64,000 bases of DNA. Origin: Guillardia theta CCMP2712 (Eukaryota > Protista > Cryptophyta). A program made the position numbers and the translations under genes. The stretch is from assembly GCF_000315625.1 (NCBI RefSeq), contig NW_005434665.1, positions 617,220 through 681,219 of the forward strand. The letters are read 5' to 3'. Positions within the stretch are counted from its first letter, which is position 1, and the number at the start of each line of letters is the position of its first letter. Below, one piece after another: positions 23,701-37,300 of the stretch. Below the pieces are notes generated by a model. That model saw only the letters and a program-made list of their open reading frames with translations. It ran no database searches and was not told where the DNA came from.

Positions 23701-26700
23701 GAACAGGTTTTCCGAACCTCACAGCGTTCACAAGCGAACGCAAGTACTCTTTATCCGACAGTTTGATGACTTCGAGTCCGTTCTCCTTCTGCATGTTCTT
23801 GATCCACTTGTTCGCCTGCCCCTGCGGATCGATCATCAGGCACCACCTCATCGACTTGCTCAATATGATGGCATTCTCAATAGACAGCGAGTCCGTGGGC
23901 AGCCCAGAGATCGTCCATGACCGGATCTGCACAGGGTTTGACAAGGTCTTCATCACTCCCGCTCCTTCAGTGAAGGGAATGTCATAATCCTTCAGCTTGT
24001 TCCTCCAGTCCGACTCCTGATCCTCACGGTACGACGCGGTGAATGCTCCGAGATAAGCGATCCCTCCTGAGGCAACGATGCAATCGCCGATCACATTGAT
24101 CAGAGAACCTTCTATCTGCTTCACAGTCTCCTGCCATCGTACCTTCTCCCCTCCAAGGCCTCCGAGAAGGCGATCTGCGCGGTCAAGCTTGACCTTGCAA
24201 TCCTCCGCCTTGGCGGCTAACTCGCTCTTCTTTGCGACCGCAGCCTCGAAGTCTGCTTCCAGGCGTTGTAGACCGTCCGTGATCTCCTTCAGCTGACTTT
24301 GCAGGACAGCCAGGTTCGATTCAACCTCTTGCAACTCCTTCTCAGCTTTGGCCAGTGCGATTCTCTTCGGCTCTACATCCAGGGCCACGTAGTGATACGT
24401 ATGCATGGCACGCGTCCACTGGCACATGGCTGTACATGCTTTTGAGACGGACTCAATCTTGGCGGGCAGGAAGTCTGGGTTGTCGATATACTTTTGGATG
24501 CTCTTGATCACTTTGTCAGGAATGTGATCCTTGTCATAATCGAACATCCTGTCTAGAAGACCCTTTGCATCTCCTAAGAGTTTCTTCCCAGGAATCCAGA
24601 AATCATCCACTTTCTTTCCGGCTTCACCAACTTTCGTCGGAGCAATCTGAAACATGATGCACAAACTTTCAATGACAAGTTTGACAAGAGCGGGAGGGTG
24701 ACTGTATTTCGCCACTTCTCCAATGTCCGACATTTTGAGATTTTTCAGGCATGCCACTGCCTCATCTAAGGCAGGCAAGGCTTCAGCGAGTCCAGCTTCA
24801 GCTGAGTCCTTGATCTCCTTGCACTCTGTTGCTTTCTTCGACGCGGCCTCCTCTTCCACTTCAACCACTGCCTTCTTCTCACTGGCCATCTGCTTGTCGG
24901 CTTCAATCTTCTTCATCAATTCTTCCACTTCTATGGCTGTCTTCTCCAGGACCGGCTGCAAGTCAATCAACTCAATCTTCATGACTGCTACATCCTTCTC
25001 CGTCGAGTCCAGTTTGTCCAATCCCACAGACAGCCTCTTCTTGGAGACCGAGAGTTCATTCCTCTTCTCAGATAGCACATGCTTGAAGATATTTAGAAGT
25101 TCCAGGTAGCTGGTCGGGGTCACATAGTTGTGCCTTCGCATCTCTAACGCGTAGCGGATCGATGTATGTTCAACGCCCTGGTGGATGTCGCGGCAGAGCG
25201 ATACGATACCATTCTTGGTTTTATCCTCTGAGAAGTTGATGCCTGCGAAGGCTTCTTCAGCCACACCACGTAAGGCCTCTGCAGGCCATTCCATGAACCA
25301 GTCGATGGTACAACATGTCACTAAACTCGGGAAATTTCGAAGTCGAGTACGAAATGCATTCCCGACTGGAGAAAATGCAAGAACAACATGCAAAAAAGAC
25401 TGCACCCGAGCAAGAAATCGTTCATGAATATTTGTTTGTGAGTGGGATTCCTTCTGCTTGACAGATTGGACGAATAGCTTGGGATATCATATCCGTGTCT
25501 GATAAATCCCAGATATTCGGGACCTCACCAGAATTCAAGATTCCGTTAATGTCTTCGAGAAATGATTCCATAGCAATCTGAGAGTCCGTGAAGAGAAACA
25601 CGGTTGGCTTGCCATCTTTTCCCGCCTGTAAGAGCACCTTCTTGATATCATCCTTCCACTCATTCCTGCCATAACCCTTTGAGATTTCTATCTGCATACA
25701 GCTCATCTGCGCGATGAATGCTGCTACCCTCGTAAGGCTCTGGCGTCCACTACCACCAACTCCAAGAAGAAGAGCATTCCCTTTGGGTTGTCTCAAGATT
25801 CGACTGATTCGACAGACATGGTCTATCGCGTCAAGGAACATGACCAGGTTCATCGGCTTGTTCGTCTGAGCATTGTAATCTTCCAGGAAGCTTTCAATTG
25901 TCTTTCTGAGCTTCACCTGGTCTTCGACTTCTGCATATGAGTTGGCTTGAGAGCTCATGAAGTCGTTGAAGAAGATTCTGTCAGTCTTCACAAGATCACC
26001 CCATGGCTTTTGGAAATGTGCAGAAGTCAAGGAGATTAAGGCCCTGTCAAACCACTCTCGATCCTGTTGATCCGTAAGTCTGTCCCTGAAGATCCTGGTA
26101 CACTCGTGGGCCCACAATCGAATGAAAACATCAGAGTCTTCTGCCAACTTCTTGGAGTCCGCCATCATGATCCCTTGAAAAATTCTTGCAAAATCACGCA
26201 AGTTGAAGGTGTAATGTGATTTTGAGGGCGTTGGCAAGAGCTCTGCCAAGGCTTTGTGGTACAATTCTAACGATGCATCACAAATTGGATCCACTAACGA
26301 CAGCATTGAGGCAGGAAAGAAGTTTTCGAGATGGGTGCTCAAAATTTTTCCGAAGATGATCTTCATACTTTTGTCACTGAATTCCGGGAAGGCCAGATGG
26401 GTGAAGTGCCGTAGGAAACGATTGGTGACTGGTTGACGTCCACCTCCTGGGGGTCCCATAGCGCCAACAAACATGACATCTATGATGGAGTTGAATTGAT
26501 GTGTCTTCCTGTCATACCAGCCGCCATGGTCCATCCATTGTCTGAGAATTTCGATTGGAGGCTGAGCAAAGTACACTTCTCTTTGAGGCATGTTGAGATC
26601 GTCAACGAAGATGATGTATTTCTTGCCAGCCGGGGGCCCGTAAACTCCTTTTCTTCTCTTGTCCATTTTTGAGTCTATAATGTCTTGTGTTTGATTCGCG

Positions 26701-29700
26701 CTGGTCTGGGCTGAGAACATCAGGAAGACCGGATTGTACACCGAAGAATCCATATCGTTCATAAGCTTTTGCTTGATGGTCACTGTCTTTCCTGTTCCTG
26801 TGGGACCCACACACAAGACGTGCTTGAGCTGAGTGCAAATGTGGTCTATCATAAAAGAAGAGCTTATTGATTCTTTGGTAGGAACCAGCAGATCTGAAAA
26901 AGGCTTGCGAGGATCAATCTTGACTGGAGGAACAGTTTCCATCCAGCCCTGCCACTTTCCCTCTTCAACATTAAAAATGTAATCGAACACAGAACCTTTC
27001 TGTGGCAAAGTTTTCTTCATTCGGATCCAATCATTGAACTTGTTCCTGCTTTTATCATCACATGATCCTGCGATCCCCCACGTCAAAGAGAAAAGAAAGA
27101 TCGGTTCAATGTTGTTTTTGAAATTTTCCACCTTCTCTTTTTCTACTGTCTCTCCTTCCCGTACTCTGTAGTCTTTCAGAAACCCGTCGATAATGTTCAA
27201 CACACTTCTCCAACGATTCGGCTCAACGGTTCTGACATATTCACTCAACTCACGGTAGTGAAAGTCCAACGCGTCGTCAAGCAACTGATCGAACAGTTTC
27301 TTGAAGTCCTTCCCATAGCGACTCAGGTCGTGCGGCAACGTCTGCAGCCAAGAGGCTACCATCGCTTGCGTACCGACGGTAGCACTCGGGTCCAAGTAAA
27401 TGATTCCCACCCTGCTGACAGTTGCTGGAGACGCAACCGCCAGGTCCTCCACCTCAAAGATCATCCTCATCCAGTTTGTCATTGTGATGATTTCCCCGCT
27501 GACAAGACACAACTTCTTGTTCTCGTCCAATACAGTGTTCATGCTTTCTATCCAGAGCGCGTCTACTGGACCATCAAAGATGACCCACTTTTGTCGTTCA
27601 CTTACGTCATACACTGCGTCACGAAATAACTTGCAAAGGACACCATCCTCCCATTCATGGGTGGCTTCATCAAAGCTGCCGTACAGCTGTCCCATCGTTA
27701 TCGATTTTGGATTCATGACAAGTTGCCGAACTTCATAATATTCATCGCTTTCCTTCTTCAAGGTTGTGAGAGTTTTTGCAAGCATATTTTTACAACAGGT
27801 TTTTCCACCCCCAGCTGGACCCACCGTCATGAGTCCATGTCTAAGCACGGTAACATCATATATCTGAATCGCTTTCTCCAGAAACATGTCAACACACTGC
27901 AATCCGAGACTTGCGGTGATTTCTTTCATCTTCTTCATGAGGCTTCCGTAGTCAGGATCAGGAAGTTTTACCCCAGGAAAGAGATCTGAAATGATACCGC
28001 TGAATAGAACGATATCGTCTGATAAGAACTTGGGAAGATTAGAGTCCTTAAGTGCACGAAGCATCAAGATCGCCTCATCAAAATCTGGATTCATTCGCTT
28101 GTTGTTTCCTGCTGCAGATATCACAGTATTCACCGCTCGCATACCGAAGTCATAATGATCTTGAGATGACAACTGCTCGGAAGAAAGTTTGAAACAGTTC
28201 ACCATTTTTTCTGCCAGCTCTCTCGGATTTTCAAAACCGAAGGAAAAAAGCCTTATTTCTCCTATCAGTGCATAGTTGGGAACCATGCAAGCAACGGGCC
28301 GAAATAGAATTTTCAAATTATCTGGTAATTCAGTCCTGCCAGCGTACCCAGGATTCATCGTAATGAAAGAAGCATTTTCTGGGTTTAGCGATATTTCCAC
28401 TCCTTCAAACACGAATCTCTCCAATTTGTTCACGATGGCTTGATTTATCGTCAGAAGCTGTTGAGCAATCACGGACAAGACTTCAATATTGATCCTGTTG
28501 AATTCGTCAAAACATGCCCACGCTCCGCTCATCGCTAGCCCTTTGAAGAACTTTCCCACCATAATGTAGTCCATGCCTTCTTGGCAGTTGAAGACAATGC
28601 ACTGTTTTGCCATGGCTTTTGCAAGATCTTTCGTCGTTTCTGTTTTCCCTGTACCTGCTGGGCCTGCCGGAGCTCCTCCAAGCGCCATACCCAACGCGCC
28701 GGTCAGAGTCAAATATATTCGATCCGTCAGAGGAGTCACGACCAATCTCATTGAATTGCCCAGGTATTCGCATCCATACCGAAATGAGTTTTCAACTTGC
28801 ATGAGGAACAAGCATTCACTCCCAGAGAATGCTTGGTCACTTGTTTTCCAGTAATATCGCAGCTGCGCCACCCATTCAAAATCAGATGCTTGTTTCACAC
28901 CTGCCAAGCTCAATTTTTCCACAACATCACGCCCGTGAACGTCCAATGTGACAAGAGCTCCCAAAGATACTCGTTGCAAGCTGGTCAAAGGCAATCTGAC
29001 AAGCGTTGTGATGTCAAGCAGTTGTTCATGGCATTTCTTGTGGTATCCTTTCAGGTCATCGTTCTCGATTGCTTCACCTGTCTCTTTGCTCCAGTACGCC
29101 TGGTCTACTCCAAGAATCACTTGACCTGGCCATTCAAGCACCCATTGCTTGCGATCTGTCTCCAAATAACTTTTCATAGATTTAGCCATATGAGTGTTGA
29201 CAGACATTCTCATCATTCTTTCTACATCGGTCAACCAGAACTCCACATTGCCCTCTGGATAAACAGTCGAGTCCCATACAACTTTTTCACCTTCGCCTGA
29301 GAACATACATGACATTGCAAGATCGTCTTCGAACTCAACTCTGTGGATAGCTTCAAAACATTTCCGAAGATGAGGTTGAACTGCCTTGGGGTCTTTTGTT
29401 TGGGACAAAATTTCGAGAAGTTCTTCGTTTGAGAGGAAATAAAATCTAGCGAACGATTGTCGCTTTGATTCGAGATAGTCGCTCAACCCTTTCTGTACTT
29501 GTTCCAAAGTGCTATACGCTTGACTGAAAATGGAAAGAAGATCTTCCGTATCGGAAAACTGAAGACAATTCGGCGACTCGTGAGCCATACCTAAATACTT
29601 GCGCCAAAGTCGATCACATGTCCGAAATTTTTGCCCTTCAGTTGGCAGCTGTTTCATGATGTCGTCAGAACTGAAGATTGGTTCTAAATACATCCAGTTT

Positions 29701-32700
29701 CTCTGGCAATTCAACCATTGCTCAATGATTTCAGAAATATTGTTCAATCTCTTAGCCCATGACTCGAGCTTCTCTGCATGTGGCTTGTTGAAAGGAGAAA
29801 AACTCATAGCTTGAGTCATGACTATGTGATCATCCAACACTTGCTGGATATCATCGGCCCCTTTCAGAACGTAGGTTCCAGTCTCGCGATATGACACAAT
29901 TTCAAACTCCATTGTGCTCCACTCGTTCATCATCTTCTCCAAAGCAGATTCGATTGCAAATTCCTTGGATGCAGAATCAGAGACTTTCACAAGGCTTTCT
30001 TCATGTTCAAAGAGCTTCATTTCGACCAGGTCCTTAAGCGACTTAAGGTTTTTGTCTGTATGAATCTCATATCCAAGCTCAGAAGACATCAGGTCCCAGT
30101 GACGATCCCGCAAACCAGGGTTTCTCAGAGCAGTAATGGTAGGCATCAATGGCTTGAATTCTTCGATTTCTTTCCATAATTTTTGCGCTGCTTGCTGGCA
30201 AGGTGGAACTTCTTCGAATGACTTGATAGCTTTGTAAAGGTTCCGAGAGGCTTCAGTGATATCTTTTTCCATGCCTTCTGGATCGAGATTTGTGAAGGAA
30301 TCTGACATCCAAGCCTGCTGCCATTTTCTCCAATCGTCACCAGAAATCCACAACTGGGCGTAAGGCTCAAAGGATTTTGAAATCCTTGATAAACGATCAT
30401 AATTTGTTTGGTTGACTCCAAACAGATTTTCTCTGGATTGGTACAACTTAACCCTTTCGGAAAACGACTTCAACAAAGCCGACTTTTCTCTGATTTCTTG
30501 TCCAATGACTTCAATTTCATCCAAGTTACTATATTGATGGAATTCATCGACAGCTTTGTCAATTTCATCCAGTTCCTTTTCGAAAGCATCTTGCTCAGTC
30601 TTCATTTCATTGGCTAGAGCAGCACGATCTTTTTGGATTTGAAGTGTCAACTCGTTCACTCTTTCATCGATCCGTTTGGGACATCTAATAAAAAGATGTT
30701 ATAAGGCCAAACCACAAGTGCATGAAATCAACTCACCCATAAGCATTCCATTTGTCTGAAAATTGCTCATCAGTAAGCTGGAAATTGAATCGGTCTAAAA
30801 ATTCGAATTGCGAAAGCATTTCTTCGAGAACTTCATGGGCTTGGTTCGTTTCCTTAGGTATTTCTTTGATATACTCTTCCAAGTCGACAATGTCTTCGAT
30901 CGTCTTATAGGGGATTTGGAGCCTTTGGTAGACCTCGGAATATTTTTCATTGACAATCTTGCTTTTTGATGCTGCCTTCTCTGCACTGAGAGACATGATC
31001 ATTCGGATCAAAGTGTCACATTTTTGAGACAAAAATTTGTTCACGGACTCTAGCTTGATATGAAACATTCCTGCCGTGATGAATGTTGGGATTTCATCAA
31101 CAATTCTCTGTTTTTCTCGTAATCTCTCCTCAATCTCTTTCTCATCTTCAATGAGCGAGGTCTCCTTTTCCTCGTATGATCTTACATATTCGGTTAAATC
31201 CATGTTCATGAACTCCAAAAAATCATCATATTGACGAATGTAATCTTTTAGATGATTGCATGCTTTCTTCATGTCTTCAAGAATGTCTTTTCGGATCTGA
31301 AAACCATCAGAGTAAGTAAAGAATCGGTGATTTCTCTATCGGACTCACAGATTTGGCGAAATCAGAGTCTGGAGTAACAACTTTCAAAAATTTTGGCTTA
31401 CCCATAAACATTTTTTTCAGAATTCCTGTTTCTATCAGAGGTATATCTTGAAGCGTCTCGATTGCATCATCAAAAATTTTGACAGGATCATTAATGAATG
31501 TGTCGATTGGCACCGAGAAGTCAAATGCTCCATCTTGGGGACAGAGTTCAAGTGAGAACAAAGGAATTCTTTCCTTGATAGCTGAGTTGAATGGATGGAC
31601 ATAGGTTGACCTGACGTCCTTGGTACCGTGAATCTCAACATCATATGAAGCGGCTATCTTGAGGAAGCGAGAATATTCTTTGCAAGATTCTTCAATAAGT
31701 TGACATGAAAAGTCTTCCATCATCTGCAAACAAACTTGGTCAGTGTGTTCTTCTCTGTTGTGATGACCAATGATGTACATATTTGATCGTAGTGACGAAC
31801 GATTTCAACTTCGACTTCTCATACGACACTTTATCATTGATCTCAAGGGACAATTCGTTGTCAGTAGCCAGTGAATCCAAATTGTCTTTCACTCCGTTGC
31901 GGATGGCATCAATCCAAGACCTTTTTAGGATATGAATTGAACCCTTCAACCTTGAAAAGTAAGTAAGACTTGAAAGATAAATGTTGATATTCAGAGCTCT
32001 TACTGGTCAGCTTGAAGTTGTCTGAAGTGCTCAGCATCTGTTGTGGATAAGAGGTCCACTTGAAAGAGTTTGGTTCCCATAATCTTGTAGCTTTCCTTTT
32101 GGACAGACTGCAAAGCAAGAACTGCTTGCGGTTGACCAAGAAAGGTCTACAAAAGGCATTAGGGTTCAACAGAGCTGTGTTGGACCAAAAAGGAACCTTC
32201 TGTTTGAACGTGGATACTGTGGCTGAATAGTTATAACTTGGAACGTGGACCGTTGCTAGATATGGGGCAGTAGGTTTAGCATGTCGTTTTGGAAGCTTTA
32301 AGCTTTTAAACCTACGATGACCTTCGGTGAATTTGGTTGCACGAGAGATGCTTACTTACTCTTCTGATATCGAAGGATCTGACAATGCAAAATCAAACAC
32401 AATCTTGTTTAGACACCGGTTGTAATCCAGCATGATCTCTTCAGTCAAGTTTTCAAACTGTTAAGTCAACCATTAGCCTGCGTCAAAAGCACAATATTTT
32501 GTGTACCTTATTAGTGCCTTTCAATGAGAGCAACTTGTTTGAGCTTAGCACTGAGACCTGCAAAGTATGATTTGAATAGGAGGAAACCTTGAGAAGAAAC
32601 ATACATTAATACGCTTCAAGCTCTCATCTCCAAGATTGGCATTGCCATCGATAGGCATGTTGTCAATAAATATGTTATACCTCTTCCAAGAAGAAGTCAC

Positions 32701-33384
32701 TTCTAAAATTTACATCTAGCAGTATCTTACAAGATATGATTCTGCCATTCTTTTTTCTTGGATGCAGACAATCATCCTATTTAGAAAGCAGTGTACGTCT
32801 TCATTGAGAAAGAAGACAAATATCCTGATTTCTTCATTGTGATGAAGAGATTCGATTCACACTTAATTGACCTGTCAACATATTCCTTCACTTGGTCTTC
32901 GTCCCATTTGACGCTGATGGTACGAGCCTGGTGGAAATATAATCAGACTTTGATGCATGGGTGCACTCTTGACCTTTCTTGACGCAATACTGCAATTTCG
33001 CCAACTCGGCGCTCCTATGCTGAAACGCAGTGCAATGGCTTCTATACCGTAATTCTTGCTCTGCCATCGAACATTGGATGTTTGGATGTTTGCATATTGA
33101 CAGCAAGAAGTACATCAGAATCGTCATCTTCAGGAATTGCATTCAAGTGCTCGTCCTCACTCAGAGGCTGTTGGTCAAAGAAAGGTAGAGGGAGGCCTGT
33201 TGCAATGTTGTAACTCTACTGAAAACTGATTTCTCTCATCAACAAAACACAGCGGAGATAACAAACCTGTAATCTTTTTCTTTTCAAAGATCTCCTTCCT
33301 CAGGACCTCATTGGTCAAGGCTAAATCCTCCATCATACGCATCTGCTCCCATCGCAGCTTCGCTTCGCCGTTCTTCTGCCGCAT
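20732..33384 (-). CDS. DNAH1: Axonemal inner-arm dynein heavy chain, DNAH1-like; intron-rich 5' part and ~10-kb terminal exon with one frameshift
   Basis: P-loops GPAGTGKTETTKDL, GPAGGGKT, GPTGTGKT and GVGGSGRQS; WACFDEFNRI; C-terminal GVLSTTGHSTNFV...HWIKRGVAL. N-terminal INLFFNED...RYNIFIDNMPIDG resembles the DNAH1 class. The subtype call is from motif recall. Confidence 0.88.
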
Positions 33385-33429
33385 GGTGTCCAGGGGCCTA
33401 ACCGTCGGCAGCAAGGTCTACAGTTTCAG

Positions 33430-34095
33430 CTGACGGTCACTGCGGATCGGACTACTACCCCGGGCCCCGGGCCGGGACGCCGGGCCGGGCCCGCCCGGCG
33501 GGTGGCGGCCGCGGTGCCACCGTGTGCCGGACCGCACTGATGGCCCGTCCGATCACGGTCCGGCGTCACCGGATCATGCGGCGGCGGTACTGGTAGTATT
33601 CAGGCTGCACTGCGGCACTCAACGGTATGATCCTTTAGCCTAGTAACATTTATTCGGCACACTGGCTGACAGCACTTAGGCAAAATGGCAGGCTGCCGGC
33701 CGCCCGCCGTCATGAGAGTGCCGGACCCCGAACTTGTTGAACCGTTGAAAACGGTGACGAGTCGGAGACCCATCTTGTAAAGATTTCCGAAATTCACTGA
33801 GTCAGCGCGGCCAGCCTCGGGCCGGCCCGGCGGCCGGGCCGGCTGCCACCAGTCTCGACCCAAGTGTACCAGTGTATCACGCGGGGCCCGGCAGGGGCCC
33901 GGGGCGGCCCGCCGTGTTATGCCCGGCTGATTTTTGACTAACTTTGAGTAAAGGCAGGCTGGTGCGGCGGCCCCCGGCGGACTCCGGGCCCGAGTCGCGG
34001 GGCGGCCGGGCCCGGCACGCGGCGGCGCGGCACCGTCACGGTGACGCCATTGCCAGCCTGGCCCGTTCACTGGTGACTCGGACCCAGACCGTATA
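33430..34095. promoter_or_regulatory. GC/CCGG-rich bidirectional promoter region (dynein/kinesin-5)
   Basis: Two GC-rich blocks between divergent ATGs at 33384 (-) and 34339 (+). Confidence 0.55.
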
Positions 34096-34338
34096 AAAAT
34101 TAGTAAATTTGAATTAGCGTGTAGAAACGGCATTTTCGGTTCTTGCCCAACAAAAAGGCGAGAAACCTGACGGTAGAAGAAGGGAGCACCGAGAGCGAGA
34201 GCGAGAGCGAGCGAGAGGAAGCAGACAAGTAGACAAGAAGCAGGTAAAGAGACTGATCTGCACCTCTGCTGCTCTCCCAACATCTCTGATTCTTTCTCTC
34301 TCCTCAGGTTCGTACATTCAGCGAGTAGTTAGTCCAGG

Positions 34339-37300
34339 ATGTCTGCGTTCGAGCCAACGGAAGCGACGAGCTGCGTCCAGGTCGTCGTGCGCGTACGCCC
34401 CATGAATGACAAAGAGCAGAAGGGAAACACCCTTCCTGTCGTCACAGCAAGCACAGAGAAGAAGGAGGTCACGGTGATTCGTGGGGCTGGAAACCGCCAG
34501 CAGCGCACGACTTACAACTTCGACGACGTCCTGACCTCCTTCTCCACGCAGCAGGAGGTCTTCGATACCACCATTGCGCCCAACATTCTCGATGTCCTCG
34601 AAGGCTTCGAATGTACCATGTTCGCTTACGGTCAAACCGGCACAGGCAAGACCCACACGATGGAAGGAGACCTGTCGAGTGAGAACAACCGTGGTGTGAT
34701 CCCCCGAGCCGCGCATGCGATCTTCGAGAGGCTCAAGACAGAGCAGTATGTGGAGTCGTCTGTCTCCGCCTCATACCTGGAGATCTACAACGAGGAGCTG
34801 GCAGACCTTCTGGTCGATGACGGGAAGGATGTGAAGCTGCAGATCTGCGAGGACACGAGGCCGCGAGGGAAGGGGATCTTCGTGCACAACCTGTCTGAGA
34901 CGATCGTCACGTCGGCTGAGGATGTTCTCAGGCTGATGCAGAAGGCTCAGGAGAGGAGGAGGGTGGGTGAGACGAAGATGAACAAGCAGTCTTCCCGCAG
35001 CCACTGCCTCTTTACCCTCAAGGTGCATTCCAGGAAGAAGGTTGACGACTCTGGCTCCATCATGGAGTGTACTGGGAAGCTTCACCTGGTCGACCTTGCC
35101 GGGAGTGAGTGCGCAAAGACGGCAGGATCGGAGAACGCGCAGAAGGAGCGAGAGCGAAAGAACATCAACCAGTCCCTCCTCACCCTTGGCCGCGTCATCA
35201 GCGCCCTGAGGGAGGGGCACGTTCAGAGGATCCCCTACAGGGACAGCAAGCTGACCCGCCTGCTGCAAGAGTCTCTAGGGGGCAAGTGCAAGACCGTGAT
35301 CATTGCCACCATCTCCCCCTCCGTGCTAGCAGTGGATGAGACGCTGTCGACGCTCAACTACGCGCAGGCAGCGCACGGCATCCAGAACAAGCCCGTGGCA
35401 ACGAGCTACCTCAAAATCGGAGACGCGGAGAGGAAGAGGCCCGAGAGCGCCAGCAACGCCCACAGCACGGGAACATCAGTGCAGGACTGGAACCAGATGG
35501 AGTGCAGGCTGCAGTACATGCAGGCTGAGCTCGAGGAGGCCCAGGCGGCACTGAGCCGGAAGCATCAGCAGCAGCAGATCATCATCGACCGAGCTGAGAA
35601 CGCGGAGAGAGAGCGGGACGAGCTGCTGGCCAGGGTGGAGAAGCAGAAGGAGGAGATGCTCTTCCTCCTCGCCCGCAATCGCAAGACAACAGAGGAGCTC
35701 CTGGAGACCAAGTTCGAGCTCGCCAAGACCTCGGAGATTGTGGAGGCCCGCAAGGCCACGGAGGAGAAGCTGAGGGAGGAGGCAGGCGCCCTGCTCACGA
35801 CGCTGAAGGAGAGCATCGCAAACGGGTCGATGCTGCACGAGAAGCTGATGGAGCAGACGATGGAGGAGGAGAAACGTCGACTGGCCTCTGTGGAGTTCAG
35901 CAAGAACGCGGAGGTGAGGATGAATAGTCTCCGTGGCCTCCTCCTCGACTTCTGCGCGACCAGCCGGTCCAGCAGCTCGAACTTCCTGAAGGAGAGCGAA
36001 GCAGCGCGTGAGGCCCAGCTGAAGGAGCTGGAGGGTCTGCTGAGCTCGTTCTCGGCCTTCGAGGAGAAGATGAAGGGGAGCAGCGGGGAGGTGGAGGGAA
36101 GGATGCAGGCGGCGGTAGAGGAGACGGGCAAGAGGATGAAGGAGGTGGAGGAGACGTTCAAGCTGAAAAGCAACTCCCTCAGGACATCTCTCCTCTCCTG
36201 CCAGAACTCCATCGAAGAGGAGGCAGCCCAGCTCCGAGCGCACGTGGAAGCAGCGGAGGAGGCTCTGCGAGGGTGGGGCGAGTCTACTTTGAAGGCCATG
36301 GAGGAGGCGAACGAAAAGTTCCTGGCAGGATGCGGCGAGACTAAGAGAGGGATGGAGGAGAGGGCGACCAGCACCCGCTTGGTGCTCGAGGAGGCCAAGG
36401 CTCTGCTGGAGAAGCAGGAGGCGTCCCTGCTGAAGCTGCAGGAGGACCTCGGCTCGCACGCAGAGTCGGAGAAGACCCTGCACGCCCAGCTGGAAGCTCT
36501 GGCGGAGAAGCTGAGAAACTGCACAGAGAGCCACGTCCAGCTCCTTGGGGCCCAGCGAGCTTCGCTCGCCTCCCTCCTCAAGGCACAGCGGGAGGGTCAG
36601 AGGGACGAGCAGGCAGGCGAGCTTGTCGAGCAGACGAGGACGAGAGCAGAGGAGGAGATGAAGAAGATTGCAGGCATGCTCCAGCAGCAGCAGGAGACGA
36701 TCAGGTCCGCGCTGGAGCAGCTGAGGCAGGGATCGCCGGAGGAGGGGCACCTTGCTGCTATCGACGGGACCACTGAGCTCCTGAGCCGCTGCCTGGAGGA
36801 GCAGGAGGAGGCGTTCGAGAGGATCAAGTCCCACCTGGAGGACACGTTGGTGAAGCAAGAGGAGGGGAACATCTTCGAGCTTCACGCCTCCTCCATCTCC
36901 TCCTGGGAGCAAGACCTGATGCTGCACGCCGGAGCCCTGCGCGGCCAGCTGAAGGGGCAGCACGAGGGCCTGCTGGGCACGGCGGCAAGTTTGCGGGAGC
37001 AGGAGGCCAGGGAGAAGAGTCTCCTTCTCCACTTGCAAGAGGGGCATGAGAGGCTCCAGCAGATTATCCAGCAGCAGAACAGCCTGCTCGAGGAGCAGCA
37101 GGAGCAGCTAACGGAGCAGAGGAAGAAGCTCGACGAGGGTCTGGAGGCCCAGCGAGCTGGCCAGCAGCAGCTGGTCGCCACCGTTATGGCAAGTTTGCAG
37201 CAAGTGCTGCACCTGCAGGTGAGGTGGAGGAGAGGGACAAGCAAGCTGGTGGGAGGGGAAAGGAGAGGAGACGGGGAGGAGAGCAGGATGGAAGGGATGG

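Noticed and set aside
33600-34283. 227-aa ORF across the GC island
   Set aside because: Low-complexity Pro/Arg/Gly/Ala product expected from stop-poor GC-rich DNA.
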